Source: Gammaproteobacteria bacterium
GTDB lineage: Bacteria > Pseudomonadota > Gammaproteobacteria > SZUA-152
NCBI GenBank assembly: GCA_024276955.1
Contig: JAJRWE010000033.1
Location: forward strand, 54 to 64,053
Length of the DNA stretch: 64,000 bases
Direction of reading: 5' to 3'
The notes beneath the pieces were generated by a model, which had not been told where the DNA came from, did no database searches, and saw only the letters and a list, made by a program, of their open reading frames with translations. This document shows positions 41,132-50,921 of the stretch, piece by piece (position 1 is the stretch's first letter; each line of letters opens with the position of its first letter). The position numbers were made by a program, and so were the translations under genes.

Positions 41132-42043
41132 ATGGCAAACATCCTCGGCGTCGGCATCGCCACCCTGGACATCATCAACCACGTCGCCGCCTGGCCCGCC
41201 GAGGACGAGGAGGTGCGCGCCCTGGCGCAGGATATCCGTCGCGGAGGCAACGTCACCAACACCCTGGTGGTGCTCAGCCAGCTGGGCCACCACTGCCACT
41301 GGGCCGGTACCCTGGCCGACGACGCCAGCAGCGCGACCATCCGCGACGACCTGGTGCAATACGGCATCGATACCACCCATGTGCAACAGATCCCCGGCGC
41401 CCACGCGCCCACCTCCTACATCGCCCTCAACGCGCACAACGGCTCGCGCACCATCATCCACTACCGCGACCTGCCGGAGTACGACGCCGAGGCCTTTCGC
41501 CGTATCGACCTGCAGCAACTGGACTGGCTGCATGCCGAGGGACGCAACGTGGAGGCACTCGCCGAGATGCTGAAACACGCCCGCCGACAGTGCCCGCAGC
41601 TACCCCTGTCCGTCGAGATTGAGAAGCCCCGCGAGCACATCGAGCAACTGTGCGGGCTCGCGGACCTGCTGATATACTCCCGCCACTACGCGCTGCACCA
41701 ACTTGGCGCAGAGGCCCCGGCCGTCCCCGAGACCGCCGCCGACACCTTCCTGCGCCAACAGCGGCAACGGACGCCACAGGCGGTTCATGTCTGCAGCTGG
41801 GGAGAGCACGGCGCCTACGGCCTGGCGCCGGGCGGCGAACTCCGTCACAGCCCGGCCTTCGCGCCGCTAAAGGTCATCGACACCCTCGGCGCTGGCGACG
41901 CCTTCAACGCCGGCCTGATCCACGCCCGGCTGGCGGGACAGGGACTCGTCGACAGCCTGCACAGCGCCTGCCGGCTGGCCGGCGACAAGGTCGGCCAGCG
42001 CGGCTTTCACGGCCTCCCCACCACCCAAGCACTTCAGGACTAA
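41132..42043 (+). CDS. PfkB-family carbohydrate kinase (ribokinase/ketohexokinase-like)
   Basis: Start MANILGVGIATLDII; C-terminal PfkB signature DTLGAGDAFNAGLI. Confidence 0.8.
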   Translation: MANILGVGIATLDIINHVAAWPAEDEEVRALAQDIRRGGNVTNTLVVLSQLGHHCHWAGTLADDASSATIRDDLVQYGIDTTHVQQIPGAHAPTSYIALNAHNGSRTIIHYRDLPEYDAEAFRRIDLQQLDWLHAEGRNVEALAEMLKHARRQCPQLPLSVEIEKPREHIEQLCGLADLLIYSRHYALHQLGAEAPAVPETAADTFLRQQRQRTPQAVHVCSWGEHGAYGLAPGGELRHSPAFAPLKVIDTLGAGDAFNAGLIHARLAGQGLVDSLHSACRLAGDKVGQRGFHGLPTTQALQD

Positions 42044-42045
42044 TC

Positions 42046-43146
42046 ATGCATGACCATCTCATCGTCGGCGGCGGCATCATCGGCCTGCTCACCGCCCGCT
42101 ATCTCAGCCAGGCCGGCGCCAACGTCACCCTGCTGGAACGCCACCAGATCGGCCGCGAATCCTCCTGGGCCGGTGGCGGCATCCTGTCCCCGCTCTACCC
42201 GTGGCGCTACGCGGAACCGGTCAACGCCCTCGCCCGCTGGAGCCAGCAACACTATCGCACCCTCGCCGATGAACTGCAGGCCGACACCGGCATCGATCCC
42301 GAGTGGATCCAGAGCGGACTGCTGATCCTCGACCGCGACGAAACCTCCCGCGCCACCGCCTGGGCCGCGACGGCCGGCGCACGGCTCGACATCATCGACC
42401 ACGACACACTCGCCCGCATCGAACCCGCCGTCGGCGAACCCCCCGAGAGTGGCCTGCTGTTCCCCGAATTCGCCCAGGTACGCAACCCCTGCCTGCTCAA
42501 GGCCCTGCGCCAGGACGTGCAGGCGCGCGGCGTACGCATCATCGAATCGGCCGAAGTCAGCCACCTGCTGCACGAAAACGGCCGCATCGGCGGCGTCGCC
42601 ACCGCCGATGGCAGCAGTATCGCCGCCGAGCGGGTCATCATCGCCTGCGGCGCGTGGAGCGCCTCCCTGCTGCGGGAGCTGGGTCAGGCCATCGACATCA
42701 CCCCCGTACGCGGCCAGATGCTGCTCTACCGGGGAAAGCCCGGGCTGCTGAAACACGTCGTCCTGCATCGGGGGCACTACGCCATCCCGCGCCGCGACGG
42801 CCGCCTGCTCTTCGGCAGCACTCTGGAAGACGTGGGCTTCGACAAGACGGTCACCGAACAGGCACGGCACGAGCTGGAACACGCCGCCCAAGCCCTGATC
42901 CCCGCACTCGCCGAGATACCGCTGGAACGCCACTGGGCCGGCCTGCGCCCCGCCTCCCCCAACGGCATCCCTTACATCGGCGCCCATCCGCAGATCGAGG
43001 GGCTGTACATCAACGCCGGCCACTTCCGCAATGGCGTGGTCATGGCCCCTGCCTCCGCACACCTGCTGGTCGACCTGCTGCTGGGACGCCGCCCCGTGCT
43101 GGACCCCACGCCATTCGCCCTCGACACGCACGCCAGCGCGGCCTGA
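42046..43146 (+). CDS. thiO: FAD-dependent glycine oxidase (ThiO-like)
   Basis: MHDHLIVGGGIIGLLTARYLSQAGANVTLLER Rossmann N-terminus; DAO-family architecture with HYAIPRRDGRLLFGST and GHFRNGV blocks. The upstream 130 codons of the 498 aa ORF are Arg/Pro-rich read-through. Confidence 0.75.
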   Translation: MHDHLIVGGGIIGLLTARYLSQAGANVTLLERHQIGRESSWAGGGILSPLYPWRYAEPVNALARWSQQHYRTLADELQADTGIDPEWIQSGLLILDRDETSRATAWAATAGARLDIIDHDTLARIEPAVGEPPESGLLFPEFAQVRNPCLLKALRQDVQARGVRIIESAEVSHLLHENGRIGGVATADGSSIAAERVIIACGAWSASLLRELGQAIDITPVRGQMLLYRGKPGLLKHVVLHRGHYAIPRRDGRLLFGSTLEDVGFDKTVTEQARHELEHAAQALIPALAEIPLERHWAGLRPASPNGIPYIGAHPQIEGLYINAGHFRNGVVMAPASAHLLVDLLLGRRPVLDPTPFALDTHASAA

Positions 43147-43194
43147 AACAGCTAGTATTAGAAATTTCCCGCATGGGACGATATACTTAGCATC

Positions 43195-43620
43195 ATGGTA
43201 GGAAATAGCGACAAACGATTTGGCGGTGATGTCGACGAGCTGCTCGCCAGCCACGGCATCTCGCCCACCCAACAACGCCGGCAGATTGCGCGCATCATGT
43301 TTGCCCGCCCGCAGCATTTGTCGGCGGAGCAGATCCTCGAACGCGTCAACACGGAAGAGCATCAGGTCTCCAAGGCCACGGTGTACAACACCCTCGGCCT
43401 GTTCACCCGCAAGGGCCTGATCCGCGAAGTGGTGGTTGACCCCAGCAAGATCTTCTACGACTCCACCACCCGCCCGCATCACCACTACTTCAACCTCAGC
43501 ACCGGCATGCTGAGCGACATCGATGACGAGCAGATCGCCCTCAGCCAGCTACCCATGCCCCCCGACGGCACCGAGCTGGAAGGCATCGACATCATCGTCC
43601 GCCTGCGCAACAAACCCTGA
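43195..43620 (+). CDS. Fur-family transcriptional regulator
   Basis: 141 aa; winged-helix N-domain (RQIARIMFARPQHLSAEQILERV...SKATVYNTLGLFTRKGLIREV) and HHH/HHY metal-site residues. Confidence 0.8.
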   Translation: MVGNSDKRFGGDVDELLASHGISPTQQRRQIARIMFARPQHLSAEQILERVNTEEHQVSKATVYNTLGLFTRKGLIREVVVDPSKIFYDSTTRPHHHYFNLSTGMLSDIDDEQIALSQLPMPPDGTELEGIDIIVRLRNKP

Positions 43621-43625
43621 CCCCG

Positions 43626-43670
43626 ACCGGCGCCGCAGAAACCCCATTCAGCGGCGCCGGTTGTTTCCCC
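43626..43670 (+). terminator. Rho-independent terminator after the Fur-family gene
   Basis: ccggcgccgc...gcggcgccgg 10 bp stem followed by ttgttt. Confidence 0.5.
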
Positions 43671-43721
43671 ACCCCGCCATCTCGTATACTCCCGCCTCCC
43701 GCGCGGTAAACCCGATCACAC

Positions 43722-43797
<76 letters not shown>

Positions 43798-43906
43798 TGT
43801 TTTCAATAAGTTACATAAACCGTCGAATCCCAGACAGGGCCATGCAGGCGCGCGACAACCCTTCAGATCGCCCCTATGGATGGCATTATCTAAAGGCAGC
43901 ACCCCG

Positions 43907-44887
43907 TCAGGTTTTCTTTTCAATATTTTCTGCATTTAGCCCTCTATCAGTATTATATGTACTGTACGAAACCTTATCCCCAGCCTGAAGCTCCCAAAAA
44001 CCAATATTTTTTAACTTGCTAGAATGGAAAAAAATGTTCTTATCACCATTGTCTGGCTCAATAAATCCATAACCTTCATTAAGATTTTTTATAGCACCAT
44101 TAAGAGTAGCGCCTTGTGTTTCGGTGGCTTCACCAACTATTGTTCTTGCTAGAGCGACTGTTTTTTCAAAGTTATCATACTTAATTTCAATTTTTGGAAT
44201 GTCATCCAGCATCTCAGCCAGCTTTGAGTACCCATATTTCGCATGAGAAAAAGTTGAGTCCTTCTTTTTTAAAGACAAACCTATATTCGCCAAGTTAACC
44301 CATCTATCATTAACAGAACTTCCCTCCAACTCCTTTAATGTGCCAATAACATATTCATGTGAAGAATTTTTATCTAAAGATTCATTATATACATTTCCTT
44401 GCTTACCCATTCTCGGTTTATAAGATATAACATCGTCTACGATTGTTGTAAGATCTTTAGACAACGTATCTGGAACCGCCAATATAACCACTTTTTTTCC
44501 GAGAGCCTTTAGTTCCGCTATCAATGGTATATAGTCGCGATCTCCAGATGCAAGCACGAGGGTATCAATCGTATTATTCTGGAAAAACAGCTTCATAGCA
44601 GAGACAATTAGAAAGCAGTCCAGACTACTTTTACCATCTTGAGACAATGGAACAAAAATAGGCTGAATACCATTTCTCTGAATTTCTGGAACCTCTTTAG
44701 AAAACTCTATCCAATCACCAAATGCCTGTATCGAAGAAATTCTTCCATATTCTTTACAAGCCTCTACCACCCACGACCAGTCAGGTGTTTCAGAGTAATG
44801 ATTAAGTGTAGAGTAGTGGATATTTTCCACATCTATAAAAACAGCCACCGATGAACTTTTAAGCATTTTTATTCCTAAATTTCTCAA
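43907..44887 (-). CDS. NYN-domain / OST-HTH(LOTUS)-like / cold-shock-domain protein in AT-rich islet
   Basis: 326 aa; N-terminal NYN/LabA-like PIN fold (VAVFIDVENI...LVLASGDRDYIPLIAELKALGKKVVIL); C-terminal CSD (GYGFIEPDNGDKNIFFHSSKL...GDKVSY). The gene is markedly AT-rich relative to its surroundings. Confidence 0.7.
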   Translation of the reverse strand: MRNLGIKMLKSSSVAVFIDVENIHYSTLNHYSETPDWSWVVEACKEYGRISSIQAFGDWIEFSKEVPEIQRNGIQPIFVPLSQDGKSSLDCFLIVSAMKLFFQNNTIDTLVLASGDRDYIPLIAELKALGKKVVILAVPDTLSKDLTTIVDDVISYKPRMGKQGNVYNESLDKNSSHEYVIGTLKELEGSSVNDRWVNLANIGLSLKKKDSTFSHAKYGYSKLAEMLDDIPKIEIKYDNFEKTVALARTIVGEATETQGATLNGAIKNLNEGYGFIEPDNGDKNIFFHSSKLKNIGFWELQAGDKVSYSTYNTDRGLNAENIEKKT

Positions 44888-44968
44888 TTAGACTATGGCC
44901 TACGAAAAACCATTACAGCAGAGACACCGGCTCAAAACTACAAGCCAACGAACAGAAGCTACATATTA

Positions 44969-44998
44969 AGCGCCAACGGGGTCAGCGCCAACGGGGTC
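44969..44998. repeat. Perfect 2 x 15 bp tandem duplication (agcgccaacggggtc)
   Basis: agcgccaacggggtc agcgccaacggggtc at the inner edge of the AT-rich islet. Confidence 0.9.
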
Positions 44999-45509
44999 AG
45001 TTCTCGCATTGTCACATCTGTCCACAGTGATCCCGTCCACAGTGGCCAAGTGTAATCCATAATACTCTGTAATGAGATCACGTGATAGAAGGCACCGGGA
45101 AATTTAAATTTCCTTATACCCGCTGAATCAATGATGTATATTCCTTGCTTAGCATCAATAGAACAGTGTTGTTCGATTATCCATATACCATTAATATGAT
45201 AAGCATGCAGAGCATGATCCATTCCCAATTGAAATTATATTATTAACATCAATTGGTATCTCATCCTGAGAATTCTATGGAATTAATTTTACATTAGAAG
45301 TATTCCATTCGTGAACTGATCCGATTCCGTCACTCCACTCTCGCGCACGTCCTTTAATGCCATGGCATACTGCCGCAGAATATCCAGCGTCCAACCGATG
45401 CGCTTACGGTAATACTTATCCGGTCTCGCGTCATTGTCCTCCGCCGCCGCATTCAGCACCTGCTCGGGGATGTAGCACAGGCGGTTGTTTTTGTAGCTGC
45501 TGATGCGAC

Positions 45510-45740
45510 TTAGTCGCCCACCCGTTGCAGAGATTGCAATTTGTTGTTGTCGTCCACGCGCAGCATGAACTGCCCGTAGATGCCGTCATGCGTGACGAAG
45601 GGCCGCAGGCTTTCGGCGGGAAATTCCAGCCGCGTGCCATCGGCCAGGGTCACCACTACGCCGCTCACCAGCCCCTGATAGTGGGCCAGGTAGCGCTCGG
45701 CGGAGATGGCGATTCGGAAATGGTATTCGCGCATGGGCAT
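45510..45740 (-). CDS. DUF2835-like small protein
   Basis: Probable start MPMREYHFRIAISAERYLAHYQG; ~76 aa. Confidence 0.5.
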   Translation of the reverse strand: MPMREYHFRIAISAERYLAHYQGLVSGVVVTLADGTRLEFPAESLRPFVTHDGIYGQFMLRVDDNNKLQSLQRVGD

Positions 45741-45786
45741 AGTATAGGCATTTGTGCGCCGGCCACTAAACAGTAGAGGTGCCGCC

Positions 45787-45838
45787 AAGCGCCACAAGAT
45801 GCGTGGCACCGCAGAGCGGTGTCACGAGTCCAAAGCCG
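45787..45838. promoter_or_regulatory. Conserved intergenic motif, copy 2 (see 26588-26629)
   Basis: aagcgccacaagatgcgtggcaccgcagagcggtgtcacgag; hairpin cgtggcaccgc-agag-cggtgtcacg; ~55 bp upstream of the NUDIX gene. Confidence 0.5.
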
Positions 45839-45891
45839 TTATGCTACAGTGATTTTGTGCGCATTCCATTACAAATACAAAACGCTCATCC

Positions 45892-46374
45892 ATGAAATAC
45901 TGCCCGCTGTGCACCCAGCCTCTACACCTCATACCCCACGATGGGACACAACGCCTCAGCTGCCCGGATAGCAGTTGCGGCTTTGTTTTCTGGGACAACC
46001 CGGTTCCGGTTGTCACCGCTATCGTCGAGACGCCAGAAGGTGTAGTTTTGGCTCACAACAGGGCCTGGCCGGAGGGGCTGTTTTCGGTGATCAGCGGTTT
46101 TCTGGCGTCCGGCGAATCACCGCAGGCGGCTGTTGAAAGGGAGATCGTCGAGGAACTGGGACTGACTGCTCACGATGTGGCACTGCTCAGCCTCTATCCA
46201 CTGCCGGAACAGAATCAGCTGATCATCGCCTATCACCTGCGTACGGAGGGGGCGATCTCCCTGAACGAGGAACTGGACGCCTTCAAGATCATTCCGGCTA
46301 CGCAACTGGGCGGCTACGATTTCGGCCCGCTGACACTGACCCGACGGCTGGTTGACGACTGGCTGGCGACATAG
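45892..46374 (+). CDS. NUDIX hydrolase with N-terminal zinc ribbon (NudC-like)
   Basis: 160 aa; CPLC...CPDSSC zinc ribbon; Nudix box GESPQAAVEREIVEELGL. Confidence 0.8.
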   Translation: MKYCPLCTQPLHLIPHDGTQRLSCPDSSCGFVFWDNPVPVVTAIVETPEGVVLAHNRAWPEGLFSVISGFLASGESPQAAVEREIVEELGLTAHDVALLSLYPLPEQNQLIIAYHLRTEGAISLNEELDAFKIIPATQLGGYDFGPLTLTRRLVDDWLAT

Positions 46375-46387
46375 GTATTCACACACC

Positions 46388-46936
46388 ATGCACATCAACC
46401 CCGACAGCGGCCTGCTCGACACTGCACACCAACGACCCTCACCCAATTTCGACGAGCGCCCGCCAGGCTGCGATATCGACCTGCTGGTGATCCACGCCAT
46501 CAGCCTGCCGGTGGGCGAGTTTGGCGGGCCGTGGATTGACGAGCTGTTCTGCAACGGCCTTGACCCGGCCGAGCACCCGGATTTTGCGGCGATCTGCAAG
46601 TTACGGGTCTCCGCCCATGCCCTGATCCGCCGCGACGGCGGCATCACCCAGTACGTCCCCTTCCACCGCCGTGCCTGGCACGCCGGCCAGTCTTGCCACG
46701 CCGGGCGCAAGCGCTGCAACGACTTCTCCATTGGTATCGAGCTGGAGGGCTGCGACGAGCAGCCCTTCATGGCGATCCAGTACACACGCCTGGCCGAGCT
46801 GGCGCACAGCCTGTTCGCCGCCTATCCGAATCTCAACCCGCGGCGCATCACCGGCCACAGTGACATCGCCCCCGGCCGCAAGACCGATCCCGGCCCGCAC
46901 TTCGACTGGCAGCGGCTGCACGACCTGCTGGGCTGA
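46388..46936 (+). CDS. ampD: 1,6-anhydro-N-acetylmuramyl-L-alanine amidase AmpD
   Basis: Start MHINPDSGLL; amidase_2 motifs (IDLLVIHAISLP, HAGQS, GHSDIAPGRKTDPG). Confidence 0.9.
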   Translation: MHINPDSGLLDTAHQRPSPNFDERPPGCDIDLLVIHAISLPVGEFGGPWIDELFCNGLDPAEHPDFAAICKLRVSAHALIRRDGGITQYVPFHRRAWHAGQSCHAGRKRCNDFSIGIELEGCDEQPFMAIQYTRLAELAHSLFAAYPNLNPRRITGHSDIAPGRKTDPGPHFDWQRLHDLLG

Positions 46937-46984
46937 ATCCGCTATCATCACTACCGTTTCCCGACGCCTTTCAAGGACACCCGC

Positions 46985-47845
46985 ATGTTCCTGCTCGCCA
47001 TCCTGATCAGTCTCGCCCTGGAAAAGCTCGTCCCGGCGCTGGACGGGCTGCGCAGCCTGCAGTGGTTTCACCGCTACGCCGACGACCTGCGCCGCAAGCT
47101 GCTGCCGGCGGACAACCGCCGCGGCACCCTCACCGTACTGCTCACGGTGCTGCCGCCGGTGCTGGTGGTGGGCCTCATACAATATCTGTTGGACATGCAG
47201 CTGTGGCTGTTCAGCTTCGCCCTCAGTCTGGCGGTGCTGGTCTATGCCCTGGGGCCACACAACATGAACCGGCAGGTCAGTGCCTGGCTGGAGGCCCGCG
47301 CGCAGAACGACGAGGAGCGGGCGCAGACCATCCTGCGCGAATTCCTGCCCTTTCCGGTGCCGGCGAGCGAGCAGGCGCGCACGGATGTGGTCATCGACAT
47401 GATTTTCGTGCTGACCCATGAGCGGGTGCTGGCGGTGTTTTTCTGGTTCGTCCTGCTCGGCCCCATGGGGGCGATCCTGTACCGGCTGGTCTCCGAGCTG
47501 GTCTCTACGCCGCCGGAAAACGCCAACGAGGACTACTGGCTCACCGCCACCCGCCTGCACATGCTGCTGGCCTGGCTGCCGGCGCACCTGTCGGCACTCA
47601 GCTTCGCCGTCATGGGCAGCTTCATGCACGCCCTGCAGGTCTGGCGTGAGACCTCGTTGCGGGATATGTCGAGGGTGCCGGTGGTCTGCCATCAATACGT
47701 CATCCGCACCGGACGTGCCGCCCTGCAGCTGGATCAGGTCGACGGTAACCAAGCCATTGAAGAGGCCCTGGGCCTGTGCAGCCGCAGCCTGATTGCCTGG
47801 GTGACGATTCTTGCCCTGCTGACCCTCTCCGGACTGGTGTTGTAA
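46985..47845 (+). CDS. ampE: Regulatory membrane protein AmpE
   Basis: 286 aa; polytopic; immediately downstream of ampD as in the enterobacterial/pseudomonad ampDE operon. Confidence 0.85.
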   Translation: MFLLAILISLALEKLVPALDGLRSLQWFHRYADDLRRKLLPADNRRGTLTVLLTVLPPVLVVGLIQYLLDMQLWLFSFALSLAVLVYALGPHNMNRQVSAWLEARAQNDEERAQTILREFLPFPVPASEQARTDVVIDMIFVLTHERVLAVFFWFVLLGPMGAILYRLVSELVSTPPENANEDYWLTATRLHMLLAWLPAHLSALSFAVMGSFMHALQVWRETSLRDMSRVPVVCHQYVIRTGRAALQLDQVDGNQAIEEALGLCSRSLIAWVTILALLTLSGLVL

Positions 47846-47855
47846 TCAACACCCC

Positions 47856-50747
47856 TTAGGGAGGTGTGGAAAAAACCACGCCGAAACGGGCCACCAGCCC
47901 ACTACTGGGGTCAACCAGCAGATAATGGGCGCCCAGCCCCTGATCCACCACTGCCTCGCCAAGGGTCACGATAAAACCGAGCTGCATGCCTCCCGCCAGC
48001 CAGCCACCGTTAAGCTGGGCGGGATCACTGATGGCCAGCAGCTCGGTGTCACCGTTCTCCAGCACAAAGCCCTGCAGGGGAATGGGCCGGTTGGAGGTGT
48101 TGAACAGGAAGAAGCCTAACCGCGCCCCGGCCTGCACCACGCCGTCAATACGCTCGGCATCGGCAAACGCCGCAGGAATGACCACCACCAGCGGCTGCCC
48201 ACTGGCGTAGAGCAACCCGCGCCCCACCACCTCACCACCCGCCACCCGTGCCTCGATCAGTAACAGGCCACTGGCGGTGGTGGTGAAATCGAAACCGGCC
48301 TCGCCGCCGCTGGTGCTCACGGTGGTGCTGAATAATGCCTGCCCGTCCTGGCTTACGCTCACCGCCACCAGAGTGCCATCGGCCACTGTTGCCGTGGCGC
48401 CGGCCGCCCGCAGGCGCAGGGTGATACGCGAACTGTCGCTATCGTCATTGCGCAGCACGTTGGGACTGGGCAGCACCACCAGCGACACCGGGCGCTGCGG
48501 CTCAAAGGTGATATCCAGCCACTGTTCGGCACTCAGTCCGGCGTACCCGGCGCGGATGCTCACACTGCCGGCGGCATTGCTGGCCGCCACCACCACGCCA
48601 CGGCTGTCCGCCGTATTGCCCACACTGGCCAGTGCCGGATCAAGGCTGGACCAGACCACGTCATAGTCCAGCGGCTGACTGCTGTCATCGGAAAAATTGG
48701 CCACGGCGCTTAGGCGGACACTCTCGCCGCTGGCCAGCGCGGTGACCGGCGCCGTGATGTGCAGACCCCTGATGGTGGCGCCGGTGACGGTTACATCCAC
48801 GGCCCGTTCAAGGCCGCCGAAGCGGGCCGTCAGCCGCGAAGAACCCACGGCCCCGGCACGCACCCGAAACGGGTCACCATTGCTGACGCTGAGCACCACC
48901 GGATTCGCGGAGGCCCATACCGCCTGTGCCGTGACATCGCGGCGGCTGCCATCGGAATACACCGCTACGACACTGAAGCCCATCGTAGTACCACTGGCCA
49001 GGCGGGGGCTGGCCGGGGTGATCTCCAGATCCGTCAGGGTGGCAGTGCTCACCTGCACAGGGATACTGCCCGTTATCCCGTCCAGACTGGCACTGATGCG
49101 CGCCTCACCCGACTGCAAGGCCAGCAATTCGCCACTCTCGTCGATGCGCACGACATCCAGTTGCGCCGACTCCCAGCGCACCGCCGCACCGAGCGGCTGG
49201 GTGGAACCGTCGGAGAAACCACCCACGGCACGCAGCATGAGACGCTCGCCGCTGGCCAGGCTGATCTCTGCCGGCTCGATGGTGATGACCTCAAGATACG
49301 CCGCAGTCACGCTCAATGGCACGCTGGCCGAGATCCCACCGAGCTGGACACGAATGCGCGTATCACCGACCGCCAGTCCCTGCACCTGCCCGGCCTGACC
49401 GTCGATATTGGCGACGGCGGCAATGGTTGGCTCATCGCTGGACCAGGTTACCTGGTCACTCAGTATTTTCAGAGAAGCGTCGGAATAGCGCCCCAGGGCC
49501 TGCATCCGCAGACCTGTGCCGACGGCCAAGCGCGGCGCCACCGGCTCCAGCTCCAGTGTTTGCAGGTCGGCGGCGCTGACGATCAACGTGGCCTGTACCT
49601 CAACTCCGTCCAGGGCGGCGCCGACCGTGACGGTACCGGCGGCCAGCGCCGTGGCCAGCCCCTCGTTGCCGACGGCGTTGGCGATGGCCAGACGGGCATC
49701 GTCGCTGCTGCGCCAGATGACCTGCGCGGTGAGATCACGCAGGCTGCCGTCACTGAAGTGGCCCAGGGCCCGTAGTGGGCGGCTGAGGCCGGTCGGCAGA
49801 TCCGCGCCGCCCAGATCCAGTTCCAGGCGGCTCAACACGGCATCGGTGACACGCACCTGTGCCTCGATACTCAATCCACCTACATCGGCACGCAGGGTGG
49901 CGCTACCGCTGGTGAGTCCACGCAGCATGCCAGCATCCAGACTGGCGACGGCCGGTACATCGATCTGCCAACTGGCCTGGGCGCTGAGATCCTGCTGGCT
50001 GCCGTCACTATAGAAACCATCGATACGCAGCATGACCTCACTGCCAACGGGCAGCTCAACACTGGCGGGGGTGACACGCAGGGTGGTGAGATCGGCATCG
50101 CTGACGGTAATATCGATCTGTGTACTAAGGACACCGAAGCTGGCCTGCAAGGCACCGCTGCCGACCGCCAGCGCAGTCAGATGGCCGGTGGAGGAAATAC
50201 TGAAGAGGGAGGGGGCGAGCGAGGTCCAGACAACCTGATCGTCCAGCGCCTGGCGGCTGCCATCACTGAACAGGCCAAAGACATTGAGCGGATATTGTGT
50301 GCCCTTGGCCAGTCGCAGCCCGGCGGGCTCAATATCGAGGCGTTGCAAAGTAGCCGCCGTGACCTCGATGGACGCCTCGGCATCATGCCCGTCAAAGTTG
50401 GCACGAATGTGGGTACGGGCGGCCGACAGGGCATGAATACGGCCATTCTCAGCCACGCTGAGCGCCGTTGTATCGTCGCTGTGCCAGGCAACGCTGTCGC
50501 TAAGATCGCGCCGGCTGCCATCGCTGTACAGGCCCGTGGCATGGAGGTTCAGTTCGGTGCCGACGGCCAGACTGGCGGCCACCGGGCTGAGTTCAAGGCG
50601 TTGCAGGCTTGGCGGTTCGCCGCCCGGGCTCGGCGCCGGAGCTGGCGCATCCGCACCGCCACAGGCCGTGAGCAACAGCAGACACAGAACAGCAAGCAGC
50701 CGGTAAATACTCCACCGGGAGTGATGCTGATCGCTGCTGTTTTTCAC
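47856..50747 (-). CDS. Large lipoprotein with ~10 tandem bacterial Ig-like (Big_2) domains
   Basis: 963 aa; lipobox LLLTACGG; reiterated ~88 aa units (…L..L.I.P....L..G....L.A.G.YSDGS..DL...V.W.S.....A.V...G...A...G...I.A…). Confidence 0.75.
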   Translation of the reverse strand: MKNSSDQHHSRWSIYRLLAVLCLLLLTACGGADAPAPAPSPGGEPPSLQRLELSPVAASLAVGTELNLHATGLYSDGSRRDLSDSVAWHSDDTTALSVAENGRIHALSAARTHIRANFDGHDAEASIEVTAATLQRLDIEPAGLRLAKGTQYPLNVFGLFSDGSRQALDDQVVWTSLAPSLFSISSTGHLTALAVGSGALQASFGVLSTQIDITVSDADLTTLRVTPASVELPVGSEVMLRIDGFYSDGSQQDLSAQASWQIDVPAVASLDAGMLRGLTSGSATLRADVGGLSIEAQVRVTDAVLSRLELDLGGADLPTGLSRPLRALGHFSDGSLRDLTAQVIWRSSDDARLAIANAVGNEGLATALAAGTVTVGAALDGVEVQATLIVSAADLQTLELEPVAPRLAVGTGLRMQALGRYSDASLKILSDQVTWSSDEPTIAAVANIDGQAGQVQGLAVGDTRIRVQLGGISASVPLSVTAAYLEVITIEPAEISLASGERLMLRAVGGFSDGSTQPLGAAVRWESAQLDVVRIDESGELLALQSGEARISASLDGITGSIPVQVSTATLTDLEITPASPRLASGTTMGFSVVAVYSDGSRRDVTAQAVWASANPVVLSVSNGDPFRVRAGAVGSSRLTARFGGLERAVDVTVTGATIRGLHITAPVTALASGESVRLSAVANFSDDSSQPLDYDVVWSSLDPALASVGNTADSRGVVVAASNAAGSVSIRAGYAGLSAEQWLDITFEPQRPVSLVVLPSPNVLRNDDSDSSRITLRLRAAGATATVADGTLVAVSVSQDGQALFSTTVSTSGGEAGFDFTTTASGLLLIEARVAGGEVVGRGLLYASGQPLVVVIPAAFADAERIDGVVQAGARLGFFLFNTSNRPIPLQGFVLENGDTELLAISDPAQLNGGWLAGGMQLGFIVTLGEAVVDQGLGAHYLLVDPSSGLVARFGVVFSTPP

Positions 50748-50921
50748 GCCCTGCCCTCACTGTCGAGACGGGGAACCGGCTCCCCTCAGGCACACACCGA
50801 CAACGGCATGAGTGTGCCCGGTTCCTGTCAGTTTATAGCGGCCCACCGGGGGTTTCCTTGACCCGGGCTTGGGGGCTAGCGGACTGTCATTTGGGCATTT
50901 GCATGGGCTTGAGAGGGGGCG

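Noticed and set aside
40857-41573. 238 aa Pro/Arg-rich ORF overlapping the small membrane-protein gene and pfkB
   Set aside because: Out-of-frame overlap with a PfkB kinase that has clear family signatures; composition indicates a non-coding frame.
41650-42045. N-terminal 130-codon extension of the thiO ORF (498 aa as listed)
   Set aside because: The extension is Arg/Pro-rich and overlaps pfkB in another frame. The Rossmann-fold N-terminus MHDHLIVGGG begins at 42046 with appropriate spacing after the pfkB stop.
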